Of a DNA stretch of 64,000 bases, positions 1-10,501 are shown in pieces. The notes under the pieces are model-generated. The model had not been told where the DNA came from and made no database searches. It saw only the letters and a list, made by a program, of their open reading frames with translations. Position numbers and translations under genes: made by a program. Origin of the DNA: Escherichia phage RB69; the sequence record NC_004928.1, one strand, 5' to 3'. The first letter of the stretch is position 1, and every line of letters begins with the position of its first letter.

Positions 1-1350
1 AGGACGTTCAGCAACAGCGTTAATATAATCATGCAATGGAGCTACTTTAAACGTTCCTGCTATTGTTTCTGGGCTAATATTCACTTGGCGAATAATACTT
101 GGATATAGAGATGTAAGGTCGAAACTCATTACATATTTGTATCGATTTGGAATAGGTTCCTTAACAAAAGCGCCGGGATAAGGTTGAACCGGGTGAGAAC
201 GACCTTGTGGAATCACCTTGTTCTGCTCTTTAAGGCTATTAAAAATAATAGCATCCCATGTTTTAATTGGGCTAAACACAGATTGAATCTGTATCTTAGC
301 ATAATAACCCATGTCCAAACTCAAGTTGATGAACTGACGCTTAGCATCAATTTGCAATACACGATACACGTCGATAATGTTATAAGAAATATATCGTTGG
401 TGATTGCTTTCACGAAGCTTAGAAATAGGGCCGTCATATTTCAGTTTACCAACGTTCAATTCAAATTCTGAAATGTAATCCAGAGAATACGACGGTTGAT
501 TGGTAAAAGAGAATTTTTTGTAAAGGTCAATGTAATCAAGAACAGAGATACCGAACAATGTAATGATTTCACGAGAACCATACATGTTTTCGATAACTTT
601 AACACGAGTTTTACGATGTGGTGATAAACGTTTCGCAGTTGATTCGCCAAAAATATTCTTGATTCGGTTATACACGTACGGAATATCAAATGACTCAACG
701 TTCCATCCAGTCAAAATGACAGGAGTTTTCTGTTGCCAGAAGTTGAGATATTCCATCAACAATTCTTTTTCGTTATCGAACGGCATATAAATGATTTTAT
801 CAATAATTTCAGATGGAACTTCATCACCACCTTGTTCTTGAAGCTTAGCAGCGATTTCAATAGACCATTCTTCTACATTACCATATGGAGAATTCAATAG
901 ATCAAATACGTAGAACCTGTCGTCAATTGAGTCATAATGGGTGATAGCATCAATCGGATGTTTTGCTTGTGACGGCTCAGGGAACCCATCCGGAGATGTT
1001 ACTTCGATGTCGAAGTTAGCCACACGAATTTTTGTATGGTCGTATTTGATTTCATAGTTATAAGTGTCAGACAAATACGCCAATTTGAAATCGTCCATGC
1101 CAAGTGCTTCAAGTCCGATATCTTCCATGCGTTTAATCCATTGGGAGGCATCACGCATATTAGCGAACAACTTACGAGTACACGGTTTACCGTAGATATC
1201 GAAATATTTCGTAGCCTGACTTTCTGGACAATGAGCAAACAGTGATGGTTTATATTCTACTTCACGAGTACGTTCACGGCCATTAGAATCGATGTAACGT
1301 TCAAAAATTGAATCACCAATCTGTTCAACCGTTAAGTAAAATTCTTTCAT
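1..1350 (-). CDS. 43: DNA polymerase gp43, N-terminal portion (ORF continues beyond window start)
   Basis: Minus-strand ORF from ATG at 1350 with no stop before position 1; translation MKEFYLTVEQIGDSIFERYI matches T4/RB69 family-B polymerase N-terminus; SD AAAGGAAA upstream. Confidence 0.9.
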   Translation of the reverse strand, partial: MKEFYLTVEQIGDSIFERYIDSNGRERTREVEYKPSLFAHCPESQATKYFDIYGKPCTRKLFANMRDASQWIKRMEDIGLEALGMDDFKLAYLSDTYNYEIKYDHTKIRVANFDIEVTSPDGFPEPSQAKHPIDAITHYDSIDDRFYVFDLLNSPYGNVEEWSIEIAAKLQEQGGDEVPSEIIDKIIYMPFDNEKELLMEYLNFWQQKTPVILTGWNVESFDIPYVYNRIKNIFGESTAKRLSPHRKTRVKVIENMYGSREIITLFGISVLDYIDLYKKFSFTNQPSYSLDYISEFELNVGKLKYDGPISKLRESNHQRYISYNIIDVYRVLQIDAKRQFINLSLDMGYYAKIQIQSVFSPIKTWDAIIFNSLKEQNKVIPQGRSHPVQPYPGAFVKEPIPNRYKYVMSFDLTSLYPSIIRQVNISPETIAGTFKVAPLHDYINAVAERP

Positions 1351-1409
1351 TTAATTTCCTTTAGACGAGTTATTGTCTTTTGTTTGTTGATGAACTTATT
1401 ATACTCCAA

Positions 1410-1427
1410 ATGGGACCGAAGTCCCAT
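1410..1427 (-). promoter_or_regulatory. stem-loop between regA stop and gene 43 (AUGGGAC-UUCG-GUCCCAU); terminator or mRNA-stabilising hairpin
   Basis: Perfect inverted repeat with UUCG loop directly after regA stop; TATAAT-like box just downstream on minus strand. Confidence 0.35.
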
Positions 1428-1431
1428 TGCT

Positions 1432-1800
1432 TTAATTACCAATTGTATATTTTGCTTTCAAAGTCCAGTCATCTTTCTGTTTAAAAGAGATAACACGGAA
1501 GTTATTAGTCAGGCCAAACAGATCTTCACGAGCAGAGTCTTCAATAACAATCAATCCCCAGTCTTCAAGCAACTGAGCAATCGAATCACGTCGCTGATAG
1601 TCTTCACCATCAATATCAACCTGACGTCCGTCCATACGCAGCATTTCTTTAAAGTGGACGATGTAATATTTACCTTGCTTTTGGAGGATATGACAGGACT
1701 GATAAAGAACTTTATCCTTGTTATTAGCGATGCCCATACGGGTCAGAGTCTCTTTGACTTTCAGAAAATCTTCAGGGTTCTTCAATTTAATTTCAATCAT
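1432..1800 (-). CDS. regA: RegA translational repressor
   Basis: Track ORF 1432..1809; sequence MIEIKLKNPEDFLKVKETLTRMGIANNKDKVLYQSCHILQK near-identical to T4 RegA; start trimmed to internal ATG. Confidence 0.85.
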   Translation of the reverse strand: MIEIKLKNPEDFLKVKETLTRMGIANNKDKVLYQSCHILQKQGKYYIVHFKEMLRMDGRQVDIDGEDYQRRDSIAQLLEDWGLIVIEDSAREDLFGLTNNFRVISFKQKDDWTLKAKYTIGN

Positions 1801-1802
1801 TT

Positions 1803-2366
1803 TTACCATTCCAATGCTAATTTTTTAAATTGTTTTTGTTCTTTCACATTTTTTGTAACTTCTTTGAGAAACTCATCAGTGACCATGGCCTTCAGTTCTT
1901 TAAGGACTATTGGCAACTTGTTATTTTTTTCAAGGAGCCGTTTATACTCGGTGGCATCATTCATGTTGATTGTGTAATGTTTCATCAACAATTTGATAAC
2001 TAGTAACTCTGAAGTGTCTTCGACTAGTTTAGCCCATTTAGAGAATCGACGACCACGCGGAATTGCCGCCATCATATAGTTGAAGTGCGCTTCATCACTT
2101 AATTCAGAACCGACTAAGTTCATCATGTAAACGGCTGGCATACATTCTGGGAACTGGGATAATGAGTTCTCAACCATAAATTTTGAGTAGTCGACCTGAG
2201 CAATTGACATAGATTTCTTTTCATTAATAGCATTAATGATTTTAAAGAATTCATTCTCAGGTTTTTCTTTAAACATATCAGCACATTTTTGAATCGCATC
2301 AGCGTCATTAGACTTCCATGCAATTTGATGCTCGTTAAGTTGGACGTCATCATCAAATAAGTTCAT
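1803..2366 (-). CDS. 62: clamp loader small subunit gp62
   Basis: 187 aa, same length as T4 gp62 and collinear similarity; synteny regA-62-44-45. Confidence 0.85.
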   Translation of the reverse strand: MNLFDDDVQLNEHQIAWKSNDADAIQKCADMFKEKPENEFFKIINAINEKKSMSIAQVDYSKFMVENSLSQFPECMPAVYMMNLVGSELSDEAHFNYMMAAIPRGRRFSKWAKLVEDTSELLVIKLLMKHYTINMNDATEYKRLLEKNNKLPIVLKELKAMVTDEFLKEVTKNVKEQKQFKKLALEW

Positions 2367-2367
2367 A

Positions 2368-3330
2368 TTATTTCCAAGTCAGTTCGCAGGTCAGTTGAAG
2401 AAGCATATACATAACATGTAATTCAATATTACTTGCTAGTCCATGAAACTTATTATTTTCGCCTGCAATTTCGTAAAGCGAAATAATACTTTTACCAGGT
2501 GCAACTTGGTCATAACATTCTGAAACTAATTTATCGATGAACCATGAATAATCTGCAGCATATTTTGGAGCTAATGCACGAAGTTGTTTGATATCTTTGT
2601 TCTTCATTGCTTCGATAACATCAGAGACTGTGCCACGGTCATTAGTTACGATAGACAGAATACCTGCATCAAGAACACCTTTAGACGAGTACTGGTCTAA
2701 TTGGCCAATTGTACGACGAAAGTCCGGGAAGTTCTTTTTAACCAGAGCTGCAACAACTTTCATATCAGCGATTTCGATATTTTCATTCTTACAGATTTCA
2801 ACCATACGATGAATCATTTTCTTCATCATCGAGATTTTATCTTCTTCGGTTGGACGTCCGAATTCGATAACTCGACAACGACTACGTAACGGTTCAATAA
2901 TTCCATCGATGTTGTTAGCAGTAATAATAATAGAACAGTTACTAGAGAATTCTTCCATAAACGTACGAAGGTGACGTTGTGATTCGGCGAGGCCACTACG
3001 GTCAAATTCATCAATAACAATAACTTTCGGCTTGCCTTCCATTGAGACTGAACGAGCAAATGCAGTTAACGGACCGCGTACAAAATCAATTTTACAATCA
3101 GAACCGTTGACGAACATCATTTCAGCGTTGATATCGTTACATAATGCTTTTGCCACGGTTGTTTTACCGGTACCAGGAGATGGAGAGTGTAAAATAATAT
3201 GAGGAAGTTTTCCTTTAGATACTAAAGACTTGAATGTTTCATGGTCATACGCAGGCAGAATACATTCGTCAATGGAAGAAGGACGATATTTCTGTTCTAG
3301 AATGTGTTCTTTGGAATTGATAGTAATCAT
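2368..3330 (-). CDS. 44: clamp loader large subunit gp44 (AAA+ ATPase)
   Basis: 320 aa; Walker A SPGTGKTT; strong similarity to T4 gp44. Confidence 0.9.
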   Translation of the reverse strand: MITINSKEHILEQKYRPSSIDECILPAYDHETFKSLVSKGKLPHIILHSPSPGTGKTTVAKALCNDINAEMMFVNGSDCKIDFVRGPLTAFARSVSMEGKPKVIVIDEFDRSGLAESQRHLRTFMEEFSSNCSIIITANNIDGIIEPLRSRCRVIEFGRPTEEDKISMMKKMIHRMVEICKNENIEIADMKVVAALVKKNFPDFRRTIGQLDQYSSKGVLDAGILSIVTNDRGTVSDVIEAMKNKDIKQLRALAPKYAADYSWFIDKLVSECYDQVAPGKSIISLYEIAGENNKFHGLASNIELHVMYMLLQLTCELTWK

Positions 3331-3405
3331 GTAATTTTCCTCATTATCATTAAACTGGAGGATTTCTCCTCCATAATCGTACTACATTAAACGTAAAGCT
3401 TTGAC

Positions 3406-4092
3406 TTAGAAGTCGTGGGTAGAATCGGCTTCCATCGCAATAACATAACTTACTTGAGAGCTTTCAAACTTAGCTGCAACTTTATCACCAGCTCCCCACA
3501 ACATTACTTTATAGTTACCTGGCTGAATTTTCATATTAGCCATATTGATTACGAAGTTAAAGTTGTTAGAACCATCATAATCGGTAAGAGTCAAAGAATA
3601 CTTAGGACGAGTTAGTCCGGAATCTTCAACTTTATTATAGCCATTGATAACAATTTTACCATCTTTATTTGTAATAGCAATTGTATCAATCTGAAGACCA
3701 CGTGAAACTCGAAGCAATTGTTGAAGGTCTTCGGCTTTAATTTCAGTAATCACAGAAGCCACTGGGAATTGAATTGGCTTATTAGGAAAAACAATGGTGC
3801 TCTTGTCAGCGGCAGGCCAATAAACTGTGGAACGTGTATCTGCAATTTTAATATTACCATCAGTGTGCATTGAAATTTCAGCATCGTCAGACACTAGACT
3901 CAAAATGCTTAAGAAGCTATTCAAATCATAAAGTGCTACGTCAAAATCAATTTCATCAGAGATATTTGCTTCCGCATAAGTGGTGCCATTAACTGCACGA
4001 GTCATAATAAATTTACCTTGACTCAGCAGAATGCCTGAGTTAATAGAGGCAAAGTTTTTCAGAATAGCGATAGTATCTTTAGACAGTTTCAT
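3406..4092 (-). CDS. 45: sliding clamp gp45
   Basis: MKLSKDTIAILKNFASINSG matches T4 gp45; start trimmed from track ORF 3406..4107. Confidence 0.9.
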   Translation of the reverse strand: MKLSKDTIAILKNFASINSGILLSQGKFIMTRAVNGTTYAEANISDEIDFDVALYDLNSFLSILSLVSDDAEISMHTDGNIKIADTRSTVYWPAADKSTIVFPNKPIQFPVASVITEIKAEDLQQLLRVSRGLQIDTIAITNKDGKIVINGYNKVEDSGLTRPKYSLTLTDYDGSNNFNFVINMANMKIQPGNYKVMLWGAGDKVAAKFESSQVSYVIAMEADSTHDF

Positions 4093-4134
4093 TTTATTTC
4101 CTTTCAAGACAATTCAAAGTTTATAACAAATTTA

Positions 4135-4551
4135 TTATGCAGCAACCATCTGCTTTTTAATAGCTTCAGGCAGTGATTCAATATATTCTGGAATTTTAGA
4201 AGCAACAATTTCGCCAGCTGCAATTAGTTGTTCGTCGGCATCAACACAATAGAAATCTTCTAGACGCTCAGAACCGTCTTTATCAAGAACGATTTTTCCG
4301 CCAGCTTCAATAGAATCTTTATAGTGCTTACGCATCAGATGAATCCACATATCAGATACATCGTTATCAATAAAACCATAAATCATAAAACGAGTTTCTT
4401 GTGGCAAAGATTGAAGTTTTTTAGCACTTGCGTCATCACAATGCAGGACCCATGCTTTACGAACACGATTATGGTTATGTGGGTTAGCGTCAGTACGGAT
4501 AGAAGTAACTTTCAGATCAGCAGCAGTGAAACCTTTAGCAGTAGTAAACAT
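4135..4551 (-). CDS. hypothetical protein at the rpbA position (possible RNA polymerase-binding protein)
   Basis: 138-aa ORF immediately upstream of gene 45 as rpbA is in T4; assignment by synteny only. Confidence 0.45.
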   Translation of the reverse strand: MFTTAKGFTAADLKVTSIRTDANPHNHNRVRKAWVLHCDDASAKKLQSLPQETRFMIYGFIDNDVSDMWIHLMRKHYKDSIEAGGKIVLDKDGSERLEDFYCVDADEQLIAAGEIVASKIPEYIESLPEAIKKQMVAA

Positions 4552-4563
4552 ATTATTTCTCTC

Positions 4564-4764
4564 TTATTCGTAGAAGTCGGTAACTGTCCATGCGGAATTG
4601 CGATTAGACATTATTTTATTATACTCATCTTTAAAAGCAGATTTGAGCATTTGTTCAGTAACAATATGTTCTTCACCTGAAAACGTATTGGTCAGAACAT
4701 ATTTTTTAATTTCAGGGACAACAAGAAGATGTTGACCGGTTGAATACTCCATGTTGTTCTCCAT
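4564..4764 (-). CDS. hypothetical protein (45.2 position)
   Basis: 66-aa ORF with upstream promoter cassette; synteny. Confidence 0.4.
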   Translation of the reverse strand: MENNMEYSTGQHLLVVPEIKKYVLTNTFSGEEHIVTEQMLKSAFKDEYNKIMSNRNSAWTVTDFYE

Positions 4765-4765
4765 T

Positions 4766-4806
4766 TAATTTGATGTGGTCATTATAACCACATCGTGTTA
4801 AAGCGT
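4766..4806 (-). promoter_or_regulatory. early-type promoter with embedded palindrome (GATGTGGT..TATAAT..CCACATC)
   Basis: -10 TATAAT (minus strand) flanked by 8-bp inverted repeat, about 25 nt upstream of ORF start. Confidence 0.4.
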
Positions 4807-6495
4807 TTATGAAACAGTCATTACAGTAAATCGTCCAACTTTGCTCATTTGAAGATGTTGTCCATAAGCTTGTGGGTCATGGTCTCTGTGACTAATTATA
4901 AACACGTTTGCATCGGTTAGAGAGTTAAGAATTGTTGAAATAGCTTTAATACCTTCAGAATCAGTCGCTGAATCCATGACTTCGTCCATAATTAATGTAT
5001 TGATTCTAACACCAGAGACCTTTTCGGCAATATCTCGCCATGTAAACAACAATGCGATATCGATACGTGCCTTTTCACCTTGACTAAATGAAGCATAACT
5101 AAACTCTTCACGGCCACGTGATTTTATAGATTCATTGAATTCTTCATCAATAGAAAACACGTAATCAGCTTCCATGATTTTAAGGTAATGGTTAATCTGC
5201 TTGTTGAACAGAGGCACATATTTTTTAATGATAGCACCTTTAATACCAGAATCTTTTAACATATCTGTGATAATACCACGATGGTATTTTTCAAGAACGA
5301 TATCCGATTTTGTTTTAATGATTTTATCAAGTTCTTTTTGAAGCAAAGCTATCTCATCGGCATGGTCGATAAATTCCGCCGAGGCTTGTTCTATTGCAGC
5401 TTTAACTTTCTTAGCTTTATCAATAGTGGCAATCATTGCTTGTTTCTTGGTACGAATATCAGATGCAAGGTCCTGTTTAGTCTTAACATTAGCTCTATAT
5501 TCGTCCACTAGGACACTCAGATTATCTCTGTGACAGGTAAGTTGCTCGAATGAGTGATTACATTCATGAAGCTTATCGGTAATCTTAGAGACAATAGGAT
5601 CACCCTGGTGCAACTGTGATGCACAAGTAGGACATGTACCACCATCATGATACATCTTAATAACTTTGTTATATGAGTCAATTTTAGATTTAATCAAGAA
5701 TGCTTCTTGTCCGATCTTGTTGAATGCCTCAGTAGGGTCTTCATCAAGAACGATATTAAGTAGTCGCTCATTAGCTTCTTCGATTTCTGCTTTTAATGAA
5801 CGAGCTTCTTTGGCTAGGTCGTCATACATATTCTGTAGACGCGCTACATTATCACCAGATAATTTCTTTTGACGTTCGATATTCTCATTATAAATCTTAA
5901 TTTGTTGGATAACACCATCTTTCTTGGCATCGAGAACTTGTCCCTGGGAATTAAGTTCTCGAACTTGAGACTTATTGATTTTATCCATTTCAGCGAGTGT
6001 GCCAACTTCTAAAAGGTCTTCGACAAGTTTTCTACGAGCAGGGGTGCTAAGAGCCATGAAAGGGGTATACCCTGCCGTCCCAAGCACAACGATTTGTTTA
6101 AAAGACGCGTATGACATTCCGATGCTACGTTCAAATTCTTCTTGGAAGTCACGACTGCTGGCAGATTCATCAAGACGAACACCGTCAACGGAGATTTCGA
6201 AAATATTGGGCTTTTGGCCACGTTTAATGAAGTATTTTTTATCATCGAATTCCATCCAAAGCTCAACTAAGAGCTCTTTCTTGTTCGTGCTATTAATGAT
6301 TTGTCCTTTCTTAACATCACGAAATGGTTTACCGAAAAGTCCGAAAGTAATGGCTTCTAACATCGTAGATTTACCACCGCCATTTTTACCAGTGATTAAT
6401 GTCTTTTGGACTTTATCTAATTGGATATCAATAGGATTCCCACCTACCGACATGATGTTTTGATAACGAACACGATTTAATTTAAATGATTTCAT
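4807..6495 (-). CDS. 46: recombination endonuclease subunit gp46 (Rad50/SbcC-like ATPase)
   Basis: 562 aa; Walker A GKNGGGKST; similarity to T4 gp46. Confidence 0.9.
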   Translation of the reverse strand: MKSFKLNRVRYQNIMSVGGNPIDIQLDKVQKTLITGKNGGGKSTMLEAITFGLFGKPFRDVKKGQIINSTNKKELLVELWMEFDDKKYFIKRGQKPNIFEISVDGVRLDESASSRDFQEEFERSIGMSYASFKQIVVLGTAGYTPFMALSTPARRKLVEDLLEVGTLAEMDKINKSQVRELNSQGQVLDAKKDGVIQQIKIYNENIERQKKLSGDNVARLQNMYDDLAKEARSLKAEIEEANERLLNIVLDEDPTEAFNKIGQEAFLIKSKIDSYNKVIKMYHDGGTCPTCASQLHQGDPIVSKITDKLHECNHSFEQLTCHRDNLSVLVDEYRANVKTKQDLASDIRTKKQAMIATIDKAKKVKAAIEQASAEFIDHADEIALLQKELDKIIKTKSDIVLEKYHRGIITDMLKDSGIKGAIIKKYVPLFNKQINHYLKIMEADYVFSIDEEFNESIKSRGREEFSYASFSQGEKARIDIALLFTWRDIAEKVSGVRINTLIMDEVMDSATDSEGIKAISTILNSLTDANVFIISHRDHDPQAYGQHLQMSKVGRFTVMTVS

Positions 6496-6740
6496 ATGTA
6501 TTCTCTTCGAATGAAGTCCTCTACATATTTTAACATGTCATCTCTATCAGCAAAATACTCGTCTAGTTCTGCATACATAACAACACCCGGTGCGTACTCA
6601 CAGGTAACATACATTGTTCCAAAGAAACGAGGAGTTGTCTCCTCGTAATTCTCAGTCCATTCAACGATACCAATATAACCGTCACCAATACTAAATTCAT
6701 GACGATGGATTTCATAATCAGTCTTCGTCATTATACGCAT
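6492..6740 (-). CDS. hypothetical protein
   Basis: 82-aa ORF between genes 47 and 46, overlapping stop/start with gene 46. Confidence 0.45.
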   Translation of the reverse strand: MRIMTKTDYEIHRHEFSIGDGYIGIVEWTENYEETTPRFFGTMYVTCEYAPGVVMYAELDEYFADRDDMLKYVEDFIRREYI

Positions 6741-6975
6741 CCTTGATACATGCTTCAGCCATTTTAAGAATAGAGCCAGGAGTATCGTTGTCCATTATAT
6801 TAAAGCTAAATTCAATAGCCCAGTCGGTGCAGACATGAACTGCTTTAACTTCATCGCCTTCAACGCGTAATGGCTCAATCCAATACTTGATAGTGTTCTC
6901 GAATCCATCATCATCTTTAACGTCCATTTCAACTTCAAGCCTGAGTCCAGCATTGTTAAATTCATCTAAAGTCAT
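6718..6975 (-). CDS. hypothetical protein
   Basis: 85-aa ORF between genes 47 and 46. Confidence 0.45.
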   Translation of the reverse strand: MTLDEFNNAGLRLEVEMDVKDDDGFENTIKYWIEPLRVEGDEVKAVHVCTDWAIEFSFNIMDNDTPGSILKMAEACIKDAYNDED

Positions 6976-7991
6976 TGTGTTGCCTCAATATAAAGTTCGT
7001 TGGAATATTTGACCAGCGCTTCTCTGTCTTCGTCTGAGATATCTGGAATCGCGTCAATATATTCTTTAATGATATCTTGAAGTGATTTAATCTCGATTTC
7101 CTGGTCGTCATCAGATTCAACACTGTTATCAACTTTAGAAACCATACGAAGAGAGTGAACTACTTTTTCAAGTTCAGATTCAAACTTAGTCAACTCTGAA
7201 TCAATTTCTGATACTATAACACGTACGGCTAGATTGGTATAATCAGAATAATTGATTTTGCCTTTAAACGGATAAGTGATTCGTCGATGCCATGTTGTTT
7301 CATTAGGAATAAATTCCATACGTTCAACATCAGTGTCAAATACCCAGAATCCGCGCGGGTCGTTCTCATCACCTGCAGTAAGAGTCCATGGTGTCCCAAT
7401 ATATTTGACGTTAGCAGCTTCAGAGATTGTGTGGAAGTGGCCGGACCAGACTTGTTTATAAGTCTTTAAGAAATCAGGTTCAAGCCCATGAGACTTCATC
7501 CCTTTATAGAAATAAAAGCCATTCAGTTCCCAATGACCAACACAATACGCGGCAGAAGAAGTCTTGATGTGCTCTAAGATTTCACCTGTATTTTCTTCAC
7601 ACATCCATGGAACGATATCAATCAGACATCCGTCAAAATCTACAGTAGTTGGATGCTCGTAAATAGTAAAGTTTTCAAATTGAGTTAACAATTCAGAAAC
7701 AGTGTTAGGTGTTATTGTATTCTTAAACGCCATGTCATGGTTTCCTATCGTGACATGAACGTGAATACCTGCTTTAGAAATCATATCAACGATTTCACGA
7801 TTGAATTCCATTGTACGATGTGTTATTGCTTTACGGACATCAAACCAATCGCCGTACTGAATCCAAGTTTTAATCCCGTGTTTCTTAGAGTATTCAATTG
7901 CTTGACGAATACCATCACGTTGAATATCTTGAACCCATGGGTCGTCTTGTTTGACTCCGATATGGAAGTCGCCTAAGTGCAAAATTTTCAT
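6972..7991 (-). CDS. 47: recombination endonuclease subunit gp47 (Mre11/SbcD-like phosphoesterase)
   Basis: 339 aa like T4 gp47; MKILHLGDFHIG calcineurin-like motif. Confidence 0.9.
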   Translation of the reverse strand: MKILHLGDFHIGVKQDDPWVQDIQRDGIRQAIEYSKKHGIKTWIQYGDWFDVRKAITHRTMEFNREIVDMISKAGIHVHVTIGNHDMAFKNTITPNTVSELLTQFENFTIYEHPTTVDFDGCLIDIVPWMCEENTGEILEHIKTSSAAYCVGHWELNGFYFYKGMKSHGLEPDFLKTYKQVWSGHFHTISEAANVKYIGTPWTLTAGDENDPRGFWVFDTDVERMEFIPNETTWHRRITYPFKGKINYSDYTNLAVRVIVSEIDSELTKFESELEKVVHSLRMVSKVDNSVESDDDQEIEIKSLQDIIKEYIDAIPDISDEDREALVKYSNELYIEATQ

Positions 7992-8025
7992 ATTATTTCC
8001 TCATTAGTTAATTCATTTTATCATC

Positions 8026-8051
8026 CGTTTATAAAGCAAAAAAGGAACTCC
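8026..8051 (-). terminator. rho-independent terminator (GGAACUC-UUCG-GAGUUCC followed by U-run on minus strand)
   Basis: 7-bp stem, tetraloop, T-run on transcribed strand, just upstream of gene 47. Confidence 0.55.
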
Positions 8052-8273
8052 GAAGAGTTCCTATCCACATAGTACACCGTACAGAGGCTCATTTGAACTT
8101 TTAAATCGAATGGGCTTGTATGTAATAGTTCCTTCGGCTTTAGCTTTATCATAAGACTCTTTAAAACGTCTCGTTCTTTCTGCTTTGCCTTTACGGATTT
8201 TATCGAAATTTTCAGAGGTCAGGTCGTTCGTCATGCATAATTATCTCTCAGAAAATACCTAAACCGATTTCTC

Positions 8274-8480
8274 TCATCGTTTCCACCATTTCTTAACTTG
8301 AAATGAATCAACCCACACGAGTTGTTTTGGGTCTGCCTTTACAATAGGCGGACAAATTTCTGTAATAGAACCGTCGTGATATTCCTTTTCAGAAATTTTA
8401 ACACAAAGAGGACCTCCCAATTTAAGGGTGAACCCTGCGTTCAGCTTCAGACGTTTAAACTTTGTTTGAACTAGCGCCAT
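8274..8480 (-). CDS. hypothetical protein
   Basis: Track ORF 8274..8495, start trimmed to internal ATG. Confidence 0.35.
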   Translation of the reverse strand: MALVQTKFKRLKLNAGFTLKLGGPLCVKISEKEYHDGSITEICPPIVKADPKQLVWVDSFQVKKWWKR

Positions 8481-8778
8481 TAATGATGTCCTCAATAGCT
8501 TGACGAGTAGTAACCCACTGGATTTTAATTAACTTGTCATTGTATGGTTGTCGTAGAATATCCCGAGATTTCTTAATAGCATATTCGTAAGCTTCGAAGT
8601 TGTTTTGAATTGCTGCTTCTTGAGCATGAGCATAAAGACGGTTTAGTTCAAAACGATTCTTTTTAAGAATCTTTTCGGATTTTTTACGTGCTTCAGCTTC
8701 ATTTTTCTTTTGGATTTCTTGTAGCATTTTAGCTACTGCATCTTCTGCTTCTTTATTTTCAATAATCTCGGTAGTCAT
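8455..8778 (-). CDS. hypothetical protein
   Basis: 107-aa ORF in the 55-47 interval. Confidence 0.45.
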   Translation of the reverse strand: MTTEIIENKEAEDAVAKMLQEIQKKNEAEARKKSEKILKKNRFELNRLYAHAQEAAIQNNFEAYEYAIKKSRDILRQPYNDKLIKIQWVTTRQAIEDIINGASSNKV

Positions 8779-8779
8779 A

Positions 8780-8989
8780 TTATCTCATTAAATTAAAATA
8801 AAAACGTCCATCCTCTTCAATACAGAACTCGTACTCAACTGGAGTCCCATTTATTGAAAATGACACGTCATGCGGGTTCAAAGGGTCGATGTCAAAATTA
8901 ATTTTAAATTCACGACCCAACAGTTTTACCAAATAAGGGATTGCTTCGTCAAAAGGTTCTTCTAAGTAGTTAGAGATGTCAATTGTCAT
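8780..8989 (-). CDS. hypothetical protein
   Basis: Track ORF 8780..9073 trimmed to ATG that abuts gene 55 stop. Confidence 0.35.
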   Translation of the reverse strand: MTIDISNYLEEPFDEAIPYLVKLLGREFKINFDIDPLNPHDVSFSINGTPVEYEFCIEEDGRFYFNLMR

Positions 8990-9536
8990 CCTCATATAAA
9001 AAATCCAAACTAGGCGAATCGCTAACAACTTCCTTCTTTTCAGCCCCAGGAGCTTTATAAGCGGATTCTTCATAATGCGTCATTTTATCGTAGATGTCTT
9101 GAATAAACGTTTCATCTACCAACGCTACCATATCATCGTCATGACTGTCGTAGACATTATGAACGAAGTAACTATATTTCTTTGCAACTTCCTTACGTTC
9201 TTTTTTGATACGTTGGACAAAAGCATTAAAACAAGCTCGAGTTATGTATGCATGTGGGTTATTGTACTTAGTTTCGTCGAAATTATGAAGTCCCTTAATA
9301 GAGGCTTCAATCCCATCTGCAATCATCTCCTGCTTCCAAGACTGGGTATATCCTGAAAAGTTGAAACGTTTGGACAGGCCTTCGGCGATAAGCATAATTG
9401 CTAAACCGATGGTATCATTCTGACGAATAATTTTGTTTGGGTCTTTATTATTTAAGAGCTCCTTTTTCCACTCGATTATCCCGGCGAGAAGCTCTTTATT
9501 ATTCACATAGTTATTTTTAGGTTTTTGTTCAGTCAT
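8979..9536 (-). CDS. 55: late sigma factor gp55
   Basis: [17 protein letters not shown]...[34 protein letters not shown] near-identical to T4 gp55; track M is a TTG extension. Confidence 0.9.
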   Translation of the reverse strand: MTEQKPKNNYVNNKELLAGIIEWKKELLNNKDPNKIIRQNDTIGLAIMLIAEGLSKRFNFSGYTQSWKQEMIADGIEASIKGLHNFDETKYNNPHAYITRACFNAFVQRIKKERKEVAKKYSYFVHNVYDSHDDDMVALVDETFIQDIYDKMTHYEESAYKAPGAEKKEVVSDSPSLDFLYEDDN

Positions 9537-9555
9537 AAGTACCTCTTGGCTCAAT

Positions 9556-9600
9556 TCATAGGTCTATTATATCATAATATTTAGAGACCTATCTTAAAGC
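9556..9600 (-). promoter_or_regulatory. early-type promoter with inverted repeat (ATAGGTCT...AGACCTAT) upstream of gene 55
   Basis: TATAAT on minus strand between inverted-repeat arms. Confidence 0.4.
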
Positions 9601-9608
9601 ACGAGATA

Positions 9609-9878
9609 CTATCGGAGCAAACAATAAGCCCGAAACACTTTTTCCATTGAACGTTTGAACTCATTGATATCGATATAAAGCTCAGTAAGACCGGCATTAT
9701 AAAGAAAATCTAAAAAGTTCTCATGTGTTTCGTTATAGTCGCCTTCGTTTAATTGAGATACATGAGTTTCCCAAAAACCAACACCTTTAACGAATGGAAA
9801 ATACGTGACTTTCATGTATTCGTCAACATAAAATTCGCCCAGCTTTTCTTCAGTTATACTGATTCGAGTTAATTTCAT
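9609..9878 (-). CDS. hypothetical protein
   Basis: 89-aa ORF, overlapping stop/start with neighbour. Confidence 0.45.
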   Translation of the reverse strand: MKLTRISITEEKLGEFYVDEYMKVTYFPFVKGVGFWETHVSQLNEGDYNETHENFLDFLYNAGLTELYIDINEFKRSMEKVFRAYCLLR

Positions 9879-10102
9879 TCTATTTCCTTTGCTGCTTCAA
9901 GAGCAGCATCCAGCGAATCAAATTGGTCGACGAAATCAATATTCAACGCATCGTCAACCGTAGCATATAACCACCATTGTTTGAATTCATATTCTAGGAT
10001 AAATCCAGGCCCTTCAATCTGAGGAAGACCTAGGCTATTTGTACCAACTTCGTAACCAGCTAGACGCAGGTCATTAATCAAAGTTTCTGTTAATACGCTC
10101 AT
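9875..10102 (-). CDS. hypothetical protein
   Basis: 75-aa acidic ORF. Confidence 0.45.
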   Translation of the reverse strand: MSVLTETLINDLRLAGYEVGTNSLGLPQIEGPGFILEYEFKQWWLYATVDDALNIDFVDQFDSLDAALEAAKEIE

Positions 10103-10434
10103 TTTACCGCCTTAACAATTTTCAAGTCAGCGAATTTTTTCTTACGTTGATTTTTCATACTACGGATAGTCTTTTCAGAGATTTCATGTTTCTGATAAGC
10201 TTTAGATTCAACACCAAATGCAGCACCGTCAAATTCAGAAAGAATATATTGTACTCGAATTTCACGAATAGAATTACGTCCAATTTTCTGGTCCGTGTTT
10301 TTGCATGATTTCCATAAAGACGGAAATTCCCACGCGTCAAGAACTTGAGGAGTAACAATATTGCCAGATTCCAGAAGAGCAACAACTTTATCGAAAGCGA
10401 AAGAATTAACTACGCTTTTGATTTTAGTAGACAT
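10099..10434 (-). CDS. hypothetical protein
   Basis: Track ORF 10099..10482 trimmed to internal ATG (MSTKIKSV). Confidence 0.4.
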   Translation of the reverse strand: MSTKIKSVVNSFAFDKVVALLESGNIVTPQVLDAWEFPSLWKSCKNTDQKIGRNSIREIRVQYILSEFDGAAFGVESKAYQKHEISEKTIRSMKNQRKKKFADLKIVKAVK

Positions 10435-10460
10435 ATTATTTTCCTCGGTTATTTTATTAT

Positions 10461-10501
10461 CCAACGAGAGAATTATACTCATCTCTCGAGAGTTTGTATA
10501 C
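10461..10501 (-). promoter_or_regulatory. early-type promoter cassette (CCAACGAGAG-aattatactc-CTCTCGAGAG-TTTGTATAC)
   Basis: -10 TATAAT within inverted repeat; about 85 percent identical to cassette at 40014..40054. Confidence 0.45.

Noticed and set aside
184-1977. Plus-strand ORFs (184..471, 563..790, 1036..1245, 1384..1977) over the gene 43/regA region
   Set aside because: They are antisense to well-supported minus-strand genes (gp43, RegA), have low-complexity AT-rich translations and no SD/start context
5281-6463. Plus-strand ORFs inside gene 46 (5281..5511, 5666..5872, 5975..6463) and similar antisense ORFs inside nrdD, gp44 and gp47
   Set aside because: Embedded antisense to conserved genes; serine/leucine-rich translations typical of reverse-frame artefacts
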